NCBI RefSeq assembly: GCF_006345805.1
Contig: NC_043021.1
Coordinates: 496,001 to 560,000 of the forward strand
Length of the DNA stretch: 64,000 bases
Source: Octopus sinensis
Lineage: Eukaryota
Direction: 5' to 3'
Shown here: positions 38,329 to 51,300 of the stretch, one piece after another
Layout: each line of letters begins with the position of its first letter
How positions within the stretch are numbered: position 1 is the stretch's first letter
Translations under genes and position numbers: made by a program
Notes under the pieces: generated by a model
Database searches by the model: none
What the model was told of the DNA's origin: nothing
What the model saw: the letters and a program-made list of their open reading frames with translations, nothing else

Positions 38329-40929
38329 ATAGGACAGACTGAAACTTTATTCATTCCTCTTGAATATTGAACTTTGTGACCCTCTCCACTACAGACTCTC
38401 CTGTGTGAAAATATTATTAATACTGACCAATGGATTGGCAGTAATGGTAGAGTCAGGGCTGGATTAAGATCCATCGAGGCCCTAAGCACTTAAAACATTT
38501 TGGTGCCTCCATAAAAGATTATGTAATTCAAAATATAAACAATAACAAACCATAAAATAAATTTTTGTTTTTCAAAACAGTAAGAGGGAAAATAGTGTTT
38601 ATCTTTGTCTCCTTCCCCTTTATTCAGATTTGAAAAGTTTCCTCCTACTTTTCTGAATTGCAAAGTCTTTGATCAGATCCTCAAAATTAATCTTAGGTAA
38701 CACATCTGCATCTATACTTAGTAGAGATAAAGGCATCCCAAATATTATTTTAGCAAGTTTAAAGTGATTTCTTTTGTGCAGTAAACCATTTACCATTTCT
38801 GTGGTGCCTCCTCCTTCCTTTGATACCCTAAGCATGTGCTTATTCTGCTTTATGGTTAATCCAGCACTGGGTAGAGTGCCAAACAAAATGCCCTGTGGTA
38901 TTTCTCTTTATGTTATCATCATCATTTAATATCTGTTTTCCATGCTGGCATGGGTTGGACAGTTTGACAGAAGCTGGCAAGTCAGTGAGGGGGGCACCAG
39001 TTGTCTGCTTTGGTTTCTGCAGCTGGATGCCAACCACTTTACAGAGTGGACTGGGTGCTTTTTATGTGACACCCACACCAGATCAGACAAAGACCCTTTG
39101 GCCAGGAGAGGAGAGTAGTGCTGAAGGAGGTAGGTTTGTGCCAGTTGAGAAGCTCAAGGATAACGGTAGGTTTCTAACTATAAAGGAGATACTTGGCTCC
39201 CCCAGAAGGAAAAGAAAGGAGAGGAAAAGGATATAGGGTCCAAGGGAAAGATAGAGACAGAAAGAAACAGATGGTGTTGGAGACGAATTGGAACATACCC
39301 ACAAGGTACAGGTGGTAGAGACGGGATAGAGAGGGCTGTTTCATTATGGCATGAGAAGAGGTGTTTAGAGATGGGGGAATAGGTGACTGTAGCAAATGAT
39401 GAAGAGAGAAACTGGAGCAGCTGAGGAGAGGATGGTAGATATGTGAGGGCATGGAGAGTGTGTGTGGATGAGCATATGGTGGGTCTGCAGTGAGCGGAAG
39501 GGCCTGCAGTGTGTGGTGATCATGAGTGGGTGTTCCGAGTTCAAATCCCACCAATGTCAATTTCACTTTTTATCCCTCCAGAATAAAGTTCTGGACAAGT
39601 GCTGGGGTCAATGCAATCAACTAAACCCCTTCAACTCATTTCTGGCCTTGTGCCAACGTTAGAAACAACTATTATTGATAATGGTGATGGTGGTGGAGAG
39701 AGTGGGGAGGAGTGGTGATGATGATGATGGGGGCATTGCAAACCACATGCAGTCAGGTCCATGGGGTCACCGTAACCAACCTTCTAAAGACACACAGACC
39801 ACACCCTTTATAGGGTTGCACTGGCCACCTATAATAGGATCACAGTAAATGCCTAAAGTCACGCAGAGACAAGTGATGTACACAACCATTCCATGTCATT
39901 TTCTTGTCATTAGACATTTTCCATAACCAATATTTCTGTTTTCCCTAATGAAAATTTTATCATCATTTTCACTGTTAGTATTGGGTGACAAACTGTCAAG
40001 TTCTGGCCTTTCATGTTCAAACCCCACTGACATCACTTTTGCCTTTCGTCCCTCAAGAGTAAATAAAGTCAAATTCTGAGATTGACATAACTGACCATTT
40101 CCTTTTGAAAATTTCTGGCTTTGCACCAATGCAAAAAAGTTGCTGGCAGAAGCATTAGCATACTGGGCATAATGCTTAGTGGCATTTCATCCATCTTTAA
40201 TCTTTACGTTCTGAGTTCAAATACTGCCGAGGTCAACTTTGCTTTTCATATTTTTGTGAGGTCAAATAAATAAGTACCAGTTGAGAACTGGGGTCGGTGT
40301 AATTAACTTAACCCCACCCCTGAAATCACCAGCTTGTGCCAAAATTGTGAAATCGATATTATTATTATTATTATTGAGTGAGAGAGCAGTTCATGCCATC
40401 AAAGTGACACTGGAGTAAAATATACGAAGCCCAATATACCCATCATGACTACCCGTCTGATAAAGGTACACCAGGCACATGCATCACAACCATATGTGCG
40501 CGATATGGTGATCTCATATCAAGATAAACAGCACATGACCTTGCAGGTGGGGCCCAGTTAGAATTTTCTTCAGGTTGAGTAGCCCATCCTGCTCAAACGG
40601 TCCCTGAATAAGGGTTGCTTAAGGATGTTGAAAGAACCACCCATGTTTCCAGAGGTGAACTATTCAAACCTCAAAGAATCCCTCTCAACACATGGCTATG
40701 ATGCTCCCCAACTACTTCTGCTCGTGATCAGAGATGCACATATCGTCAGCCACTAAGGGACATGCTCAACTGGTTAAGGTCAAACAACTGACAAGCAAAT
40801 CTGTGGTATTGAGCAGAATATTTGCTGTAGCCCATCTTTTATACCAAGACAAAACAATGTACATGATAACACTTCCAATCAGTTAAGATCAGAAGCCATG
40901 AGAGCCACTGCCTGGTACTGCATCAGGGC

Positions 40930-40965
<36 letters not shown>

Positions 40966-43900
40966 GGCAGTTGCTGGCAAAACCCTGAGCATGCCAGACA
41001 AAATGCTTAGTGTCATTTCACCAATCTCCATCTCTGAGCTCAAATTCCACAGAGGTCAACTTTGACTTTCATCCTTTCGGGGTCAATAAATTAAGTACCA
41101 ATTACGTACTGGGGTTGATGTGATCAGCTAACTACAATCAGCCACCAAATAACTCTTGAATCACATTCTACTTCCTTCAAAAAAAAAGGGGGCACAATAA
41201 ATACTGCAGCCCAAGATACACTGTGAAAATAAATGTCGGAGTGGTTATGGCAGGAGAACCTTTAACAATAGGGTCTGGTTATTAAGGGCTGAGAGTAACA
41301 AGCACAACTGGAACATCTTTAATCATAAATCAGTTGGATCAGAGCTGAGCCAAGCCTTAAGCGGCAACCACCACTACAAACACCATCATCACCACCACCA
41401 TCACTACAACTACCAACACCACCATTTCCATCACACTACAAACACCATCGCCACCACCACCATCATCATCATCATCATCACCCAGTTACTCAATAGTCAT
41501 CAACTACAGAGAGATATGGGTAGATCTGGAGTGAATGATTGGTGGATTACAGTTGGTTGATGTTTAAATATCTTCCTGTCATCATCGATGGGATGGACCA
41601 TGGCTCACAACAACTACAACAACAACAATTAGGTTAGTTTGAAGGTTGAGGTTGGTGGTGTGTGGTGGTGAGAATGCCATGCTGGTATTACATATATCAA
41701 GGTCAGTGACGCAGAATTGTGAGTAGAGGTGAGAGGTAGGAGGAAGTACAGAGTTGGAGGGAAAGAGCAATAGAGAGTGTGGGAGAGGAGGAGGGAGATT
41801 AGGAGTTACAAGAGAGGAGAGAGAGAAGATAGCAAAAGGGAAAGAGGGAGACAAAGTACAATAGAGTGAGGGGTGGATTTGATAGAGAGATGGAACAAAT
41901 AAGGGGGGGGGGGGTATTAATCCAAATCCAGTAAATATGACAGTGTTCTGGTTTTTAAGAGGATTAAAACAGTTTAGGTAGACAATAATAATAATAATAA
42001 TATTGTTGTATTTCAGGATAGTCTTTTTTTTTTTTTGCTAAATAAACCCAGGCACTAAATATTCATTCTCCACTCGTTTATTACTGTTCTTATTCTAACG
42101 AATGTCATTTGTCCGTAAATCCTGTGTCACACATCTGTGACCTCTTCAGTGACACTTTCCATCCTTGTGTGTGCTCTTGCTCTGCTTAATCCATGATTGA
42201 CACACGAGGATGGAAAATGTCATTGAAGAGGTCACAGATGTGTGATGAAAGATTTCCGGACAATGGACATTCGTTAGAATAATAACAGTGATAAGCAAGT
42301 GAAGAATGAATATATGGCGCATGTGTTTATTTGGAAAAACAAAAAAAAAAAAAATTGACCATCCCAAAATACAAGAATATTTCACATGAGGAGTCTTGCA
42401 ACACAAATTCATAAACAAAATAATAATAATAATATCTGCTTACTAATTGACCCATCATGCCTGTTTGATTCTGGGGTCAAAAAGAAAGGGGACAAAAAAG
42501 CAAAAAAAATACAATCCCTTAAATTTTGAAATAGGAAGAATTCGGGGCATGAGAACAGTAAAGGCTGTGCCTATAATAATTGGTGTGTTGGGAACAGTAA
42601 ACCAAGATATAGACAAATGGCTAAAGGAGATTGGAATAGAATGTCCGGTAGAGCTCGGGTTCTAAGCACTTGAAAGACTGCTGAAAACGTGTGGATACCT
42701 AAAGTCACCGGTAGTAAACCCGGTATCAACAGAATCCTTACCAGGAATAAGACCTAACCTGAGACAGACCAAAATAATAATAACAATAATCCTTTCTACT
42801 AAAGGCACAAAGCCTGAAATTTGTGGGGAGGGGACTAGTTGATTACAATGACCCCAGTGTTTCACTGGTACTTATTTCATCGACCCTGAAAGAATGAAGA
42901 GGAAAGCTGACCTTGACAGAATTGAACTCAGAACATATGCCCGGTGTGCTAATGATTCTGCCAGCTCACTGTCTTAAGAATAATAATAGTAATAATAATC
43001 ACCACAATATACAATTTAAAGCCCTTTAAAGTCACCTCCGGAGTGAAGCAAGGCTGCATGATAGTGCCAACTCTCTTTACCATCTTTATCGCGACAGTGT
43101 TGCATATCATAGATGACCTTCCACCTGGCATCGAGATCTCGTACAGAATGGACGGCAAGCTTTTCAACCTCACTCGCCTCAAAAGTACATCAAAGACAAT
43201 GGCGCGAAGCTTGCTAGAGTTCCAATATGCCGACGACAACAGTGTAGCAGCTTACAGAGAGGATCACCTCCAACAGATCCTAAATGCTTTTCATCATGCA
43301 TATACTAAACTTGGACAAAGCATCAACATCAAGAAGACTCACTTACTCTACCAATCTCCTCCCAATACCCGTGTTGACAACCCGCCATCGATTCAACTTG
43401 AAGGAATTCCACTGGAAAATGTGAACCATTTCTGCTACCTTGGGAGCTATCTGTCAGCAAAGGTAGACCTCAGCAATGAAATCCAACACCGTCTGAAGTG
43501 TGCAGGAACAGCTTTCGCCAAGCTTCAAACAAGAGTTTTTGCTGATTGGGACATCCGAACCGAAACCAAACTCATGGTGTACAGGGCAGTCAGTATTCCA
43601 ACCCTCCTTTACGCATCCAAAACCTGGACCCCGTATAGTCACCACCTCAAAACGCTCGAGAAATTTCACCAACGCTGTCTTCGGAAGATCCTTAACATCA
43701 GCTGGGAAGACAGAAGAACAAACGTCAGCGTGCTACAAGAAGCAAAAATGACCAGCATCGAAGCCTATGTCATCAAAGGCCAACTAAGATGGAGCGGCCA
43801 CATGGTCAGAATGACTGACAAACGACTTCCCAAACAGATATTCTACTCCCAACTCAAAAACGGCAAGCATACAAAAGGAGGCCAGAAGAAACGCTGCAAG

Positions 43901-46900
43901 GACTCCCTGAAAACAAACCTCAAAAAGTGTGACATCGACTTCACTAAGTGGGAGGAAACGGCAAAAAACAGACCACTCTGGAAAACCACCATCCATGAGG
44001 GAACGGCGACTTTCGAGTCGAAAAGGTCTGCAGAGCTGGAGGAGAAAAGACGACGACGGAAGGAGCGCCAACAACAACTCTCCCTTCCGGCACTAGATGT
44101 CCGCACTACGACCGATCTTTTCAAGCAAGTATTGGTCTTATCGGTCACCTATGGACTCACCAGTAAATTTGCGCGAAGACCATCATCCTCGACCTTGAGG
44201 GATTGCCATGATGTGTGATAATAATAATAATAATGGTGATGATGATGGATCCAGTCACCCTAACCATTTTTGCCAGAATCACTCACCTTTTGACAAATTT
44301 GCTGGGAAAAAATACTTCCCCCTCCACTTTCAGTCCTTTCCAAGTGAAACTTGAAAAAGTTGATAAGGGTTTGAATGAAGAGAAAAGTGTCAACCTCAGT
44401 CTTTCAGCTTTCTCCACCAAACAACCTGTGTCACCATAACCACTCGACAGGGGTACCCCAGCCTGCCCCATCTTGTTAAACCTCTGACAGCTAGGTTCAT
44501 CCTACATGCAACAATGACTATGGTGATGATGATGACGATGATGATGTCATAATTAGGTGAAATGGGACAGGGGACAGGGTAGTGTATTGAAGCTCCTTTC
44601 AGCATGTTCTATCACTGCCTGTGGCATATGTTTCTATAAGGATATCATATGTAGTAAACGTGGTATGATGGTATTCATCACAGTTCACATGATGTTAAGA
44701 AATACCCTCCACAGATGTGATGTAACGGAGTTCATTACAGTTCTTAGGGTGTTAAAGAATGCACTATGTAGTTGATGTAATGTAGTGGTGGTCATGGTGG
44801 GAGAGGTTCTGGAAGTACAGACATACAACACATTATTTAGAGACACAGTGGACATACATATATATACAAACACACATTTAGGCACACACACACACACAGT
44901 TCTGACTCATCCAATGTGAGAGAAATATCAATGGTGTGATACATTAGCAACAAGAAACTTATCCATATGATTTGAAAGAGAGAGAGAGAGAATTTGGTGT
45001 AGTGAGTGGAGCCGTGCCATTTTAGGGTCCAATAGAATAGAAACCATCAGCAGTGAAGTCAAGCCTTGAGAAAGGGGCCACTGAGAGAGGAGTTAGGGAA
45101 GTGAAAGAGATGGAGTCAGATCCTTTACTTACCATAGGGAGTTTACCCAGGTTGTGTAACTCTATGACGTGTCGGAAACCTTTCCTTATCAAATCAGTAA
45201 TCCACCAGAAGGTAATCTTTGATAAGAAGCTTACATAGGGTTGGATGTATTTGAGATAAGCCAGTTCTTCAGGGGAGTGTACTGGGCATGGTTCTTGGAA
45301 AAAAGCATATTTCTGGAATGAAAAGATAGTAAGAGATGAACATTATCATGAGATCATTATGAATAACAAAGCCTTCTTGCATTAAATAACTCAATCCCTA
45401 AATACAAAAGAGACCCTTAAAATAAAAAAAAGGCAATATTTACAGAAGAGCTTGATTAGCAGATGGATGTGCAATTTGTTAATATTCAGACTGACCTAAA
45501 GAGAGCAGAATAGCAGAAATGGTTTTTGGCTGAGTGTCTTTATATTCTGAAGTTAGTCTCCACTGTTATCAACAACACTGTTTTTATGTCTGTTTTTCCC
45601 ATTACTGGTTTGTGTTGGCCAAAGTCTTATCTATGACCAGAGACTCTTTCTGTTGATAACCATTGACTGGTTTTCATTCACTGAAAGTGTTGAGTTACAC
45701 AATGTGATATCATGGCTACAAACATGATGTCACTGCTTTGCTCAAACTGTGTCATGCAAACACATACAGAAGGTAAATATTCAGACATACATACATATAT
45801 ACAGGGTCCGGTAAACTGCGCAAAAATGAAAATAACACTGACATCTCATTTTAACAGATATATTTACCAAAATTACATAAAAAGATCTTGAAATACTAAA
45901 GTCTACAGTAAATTTATTCAATAAAATTGCCATTGGCTTCAACCACAGCTTCCAGACGACTACGGAATCACCTGCAACTTTTCTGGGCAGTCTCCTTGTT
46001 TAGGTTGGTGAATGCTGCCATAATCTTTGCCATCAGTTCATCTTTGGTGTTACAAGGAGTTTTGTTGGTCTCTCACTCAACTGTGCTCCACACATAATAA
46101 TCAAGGAGGTTGCAGTCTGGGGAATTAGGTGGCTAGATATTAGGTGTGATGTGGTTGCAGAAATTGTCTGACAGCCATGACTGGGTTCTCCTACTTGTGT
46201 GACATGGTGCAGAGTCTTGTTGCCAGACATAGGGTCTTCCAGCAGCCACCCTCTTGACCCAGGGCAGCACTACCTCCTCCAGGCACTTGATGTAGGCCTC
46301 CATGTTGAGTCTGAAGATAAATGGAGGTATAAAGTTGCCATCACTAGTGATCACTCCAAACGCCATGATATTGACTGGAAGTTTGATCTTTATCATTCTT
46401 GGTACATGTTTTGGGGACACAACAAGCTAACGGTTGTTCTGTGTGTTCCTAGCAGAAACATTTCTCGTCTGAGAAAAACCAAAGCATGTTCAGTTGAAGG
46501 GGATTCTCAAGTTTGTTCAAAAGCTTTGTAGCATGGTCTTTTCCTCTTGTTCTTGATGGCTTAGGATAAAAATAGGCCCTTTCACATCTTGTAGGAGGAA
46601 TACCAAATGTCTTCATGCACTACCTGCCTGATAAGAAGATCAGACACTCCCATGTTCCTGGCGATGGACCTGATTTACTTGGAGGGATCATCATGGCTTG
46701 GATCTCATCAACAAATTCAGGGGTTCTTTTCATATCAGAACGATCAGAGTGAATTTTTTGAGCTGCTGTACTTTTGTAGTCGCCATTAGATTCATCCAAC
46801 TCTTTCCGAATCCTCTGCACTGTCCTCAGATTCACACCCAAGCACTCTGAAATGTTCATGTTGGGAACTTCCGACGCGAATGCCAAGCAGTACGGCATGT

Positions 46901-48067
46901 CGTTTCCAAATTTCTGGCAGGGTGAATTGCATCATGGTACTGTTTTTCTCACAGAGAGTGCCCAACTGACCCTACTAAACTATGTAGTCAACAAAATCAA
47001 AAACAAACAATGTGCATGTGCAAAATTAAAAATATAGAATGGCGACAAATTACCCACCCATTGCACCCTGTGTATATATATATATATGCACACACACACA
47101 TTCATGCACACACACCTACATACATTTTGAATGGTGGAGTTGATGTAGTGACAGGTGGTGTTAAGGATGGATAACCATTCACAATTACAATGACACACAA
47201 GAAACCTGAATGGGGTCACTCAAAATGCTAGAAATAGCTGCCAAATCTCATATCACAACTTAATATTTCAAAAATAAAAAAACAAATTGAAGAATGTAAG
47301 GCAGGATGGTCATGGCTGAAATGCCTTTGAACATAGGTGTGTTGTGAATCAAGGCAGACCTAGGGCTAAAAATAACAACAAAACTAAAGAGAAAGAAGTG
47401 ACCTGATCATTGTTGAGTATCTAACGAGCGTGTATATGTGTATAAGCTTCATTAATCGAACACAATTAATCTTTATTGATGAAGTAATGAAGAGAAGAGA
47501 TGGCGGGAGGATAATCATCCAATTTGGCAGTGAAAACAGATAATTAACAAACACTAACGAACAGAGAAAACATTAACCAACGTTTGTGTTTTTAAATACA
47601 ACAGAATAAGTAAATAAATAAATAAACAAAGGGTATTTTGCGGCCCCTAATTGAAGGAGGAGGAGGAGGAGGTAGGGCAATTGATTGAATTGCAGGTAGG
47701 TGTAAAAAATTAATTTCCTTGTAATTACACAGTGTTCAAGCTAACGAACTATGAAATCTAATTTCCAATGGTGGTGATGGTGATGGTGTAGTGACTGCTA
47801 TCAGTAGGGATGGTGGTGGTGGTGGTGATGGTTGTAGTGGTAGTGGTAATAGTGGGGTGATGGTAGTTGTGATCCAGACAATGCACATTATTTAGTCCCC
47901 GAGTTCACATTTCAATGCTCATGGAGATGAAGTACTAGTAATTTACTGGGGTGATATATTGTCACCATGACAAACACAAAATAACGCATTCAGAAGGTGT
48001 GCATACACAGATCTAGTCCACAACAAAATGCATAGAGCATTGCACATGTGTGTGTGTGTGTGTGCGT

Positions 48068-48111
<44 letters not shown>

Positions 48112-48295
48112 TCATGCACACACACACAGAGGAAGAGCCACATCTGTACAAACATATATACACACACACTACGATATATGCTGTGTTCAACTTTGAACAG
48201 AGTCTAATTATAAAATACAAATACTGCAAAATACATACTGTATGTGTATATATATACATATATAATTATATACACTCACATTAGTCAATACACAC

Positions 48296-48329
<34 letters not shown>

Positions 48330-51300
48330 AATTATTCAATACACTCTATTTATAATACACATTGCACATATACACCACTCAAGCAATACAGTTTTTCTCT
48401 CACTCATATATGTTTGTGTGTGTGTGTACACATGCACATACACACATATACTTTTACAACATACACAGAGTTGGTTTATATATGTTCTTATACACACAGT
48501 GAAACTTCAAGCACATACCACTACCAAGCACACACACACATTAGGTCTATGCGTTGGCTGTATATAAAGTATGAGTCACAACCAGACAAGAAAGTAGAAG
48601 CACAAAATGACCGGTGGTTGAGGACCTTAGTCTGGAGGTTGAGACAGTTATTTAGAAAACCCCCACTTCCTTAGCCTTCCCAGAGGAATGTCTGAGGCAA
48701 TTTATAATTTCCTGATCTTGTATGCACTTATTGGAAATTATGCTACCCAGGTGTCTGAATTAGAAAGTTGTGGTTAGTTGTTAATGGATGTACCAAGAAA
48801 GTGGGGAAGAGAGAGAGGTGGGATAGTGCAGGGCACAACTGACAGATGACCTCAGTTTGCTGGACATTCAATGTCAGACCCACTTTTTTCTTTTTTTTTT
48901 TTTTTGACTAATTGTGGTGACCCGCTGAGGTAATCACTTGTCAGATTTCAGGGTACTGTAACCAGATGATTTTGTTTCGATCTCAACTCAGGGGTGGTCT
49001 GTATTCTTTTAATGGAGAAAAAGTTTTCATCAAATTGGAAGTTGATAGTAAATCTTGACCGAGTCCTACAAACAATAATAAATAATAGAGGGACCAATAT
49101 AAGGCCTTGTCCTATCATTTTTACATAGAACAGCTCTGTCTGCCAACAACAACCATCTTCCTTATGTGGAACTAAAGGAAGAGATCCCTGAACCTGTACA
49201 AGCAACAAAACTTTTGAAGACGATTCCACAGAAGTGAACAGGTTCCAAAGCTGTTTGCAACAATTCTCATTTCTGCCGAAGCTACTTTGTTACGACGCTC
49301 GTGTTAACTCTGCCTCGGTCCCTTTGACTCGGGTTAGAGATTTTCCGATGCTGGTTGGAATTGAGTTTTAAGTCTAAGGCTGCCAATGAACAAGAGAGCT
49401 GTAGCTCTACGGTTGGAACAAACAGCTCTGCATTGTTTGTTTTGTGTAGTGGCTGTATTGTAGGCACAGGTGTGGTTGTCAGCTAAGAAGCTAGCTTCCT
49501 AACCACATGGTTCCAGGTTCGATCCCACTGCATGGCACTTTGGGCAAGTGTCTTCTACTGTAGCCTCAGGTTAACCAAAGCCTTACAAGTGAATTTGGTA
49601 CATGGAAACTGAAAGAAGCCCACTGTATATATATGTATGCGTGTTTGTCCCCCACCTCCCCTTGACAACTGGTGTTGATGTGTTTATGTCCCTGTAACTT
49701 AACAGTTCAGCAAAAGTCCTGAGGTTGATTCATTTGACTAAAATTTCTTCCAGGCAGTGCTCTAGCATGGCCACTAATGACTGAAAAAAATAAAAGGTAA
49801 AAGAAAAATAGATAATTAAAAGCTATTGGACCATTTTCCTTCAGGATCACTGCAGAATGTTCCTCAGCCAGGGAAATTTCCTGGGATTTTGTTTAATTTT
49901 GACAGCAGCAGCACCCCACCCCACCCAACTCCTAACATTGATGACTCATTAACGGTGGATTATGGTATAATTTACAAAATTCCAACAAGATTATTGGGTC
50001 TACAATTTAGGAGCTGGTTGAGGTGTCCACTCCATTGCTGACTGGTCTTTCATTAGAGAATTGCAATTCCAATAAGTAAAGGGGTACCATGGAACAATTC
50101 CTGGGGCTTTAGAGTGACTTAATGACTTCATAGAGATTATCAGCCTCCTCAGCATACATCAGGATTTCTGCAATTTTTGTAATCCACCATTTTCCAAGGT
50201 ACCAAGAGTAAACTTTAACATCACTCCAACAAGCTTGCCACAGCTTTCAGAGACAACCACTGGACAATTCCTTGCCACATGATGAAGGATTGTCCAGAGT
50301 TACCCCATGGGTTACATGTATATCGTTGTGCAATTGTGCAGGAGTCTTCATTAATCCTGTCTTGTTTGGTGTAGTGTTTGTATGGCTGAGGGAGGGGAAA
50401 AGGAATGCTACAATTTGGGCCGAAAGAACCCATGTATTCCTAGGCAGCATCTATGTTACTCAACATCAGCACAAGAACGGATATAGTTGGAAGGTATCAA
50501 AATTATTATGATTTCCTGTTGGCAGCTGAAGAAGAAACTATCCCACGACATAGGATCACATCATACATATCCTTCTTTAAGATGGTAGTGGTGGGGGGGG
50601 GGTGATTTGAGGGAGATTTAGCTGTTATTTGTAGCAAGCAGAATGAGGTTCCTTCATTAATGCGCATATGTGGAATGTATGTATGTACGGTGTAATGTGT
50701 ATCTGCATGTGTGTGTTTATTATATGATGTGTGTGTGTGTGTATGCACGCGCGTGCAGATTAATTTCCTGAATGAGAAACAAGCTTCTCTGAAGTCAATA
50801 ACCTCTTAACCAACACCAACACCACCGCCATGTTATTCAGTATCAATTTATCCAGTATTTTTAACCATTCTTTTTAAAGATGGAATGGAAATAATTGAGG
50901 AAGATTTCTTGTAAATTGAACAAGACTTTCTTGCAAGGATCCACCCGCTCACCTACCCTTTTCAACTTATACCCTGGCAACTTTTCCATACCTCCACAAC
51001 ACATACATACAACCTCGTATGCAGATAACATAACACTCCGTGTAATGCATGTACAGATGCCCCCACTATTACCATCACCTGAGAAACTGTACTTGAAGTA
51101 GCTCCTGCTAAATCAAGTGTGCCTCAATGTAGTCCTTCAAGCACATAGAAATAACAGTCAAATTCCCTCAAATTACATCTTACCAACTTAGAAAAAGATG
51201 GGATGGTCCTATGTGAAATATCTTATCATAGGCCAACTGTTTGATCAGAGCTGACTTGAGACTAAAAAACTGTTTCCCTTCTTTCCAGCAGCACTAAAAC

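Noticed and set aside
50040-50500. Fragment with KVYSWYLGKWWITKI, weakly like transposon-associated proteins
   Set aside because: Multiple stops and too short to assign without a search.
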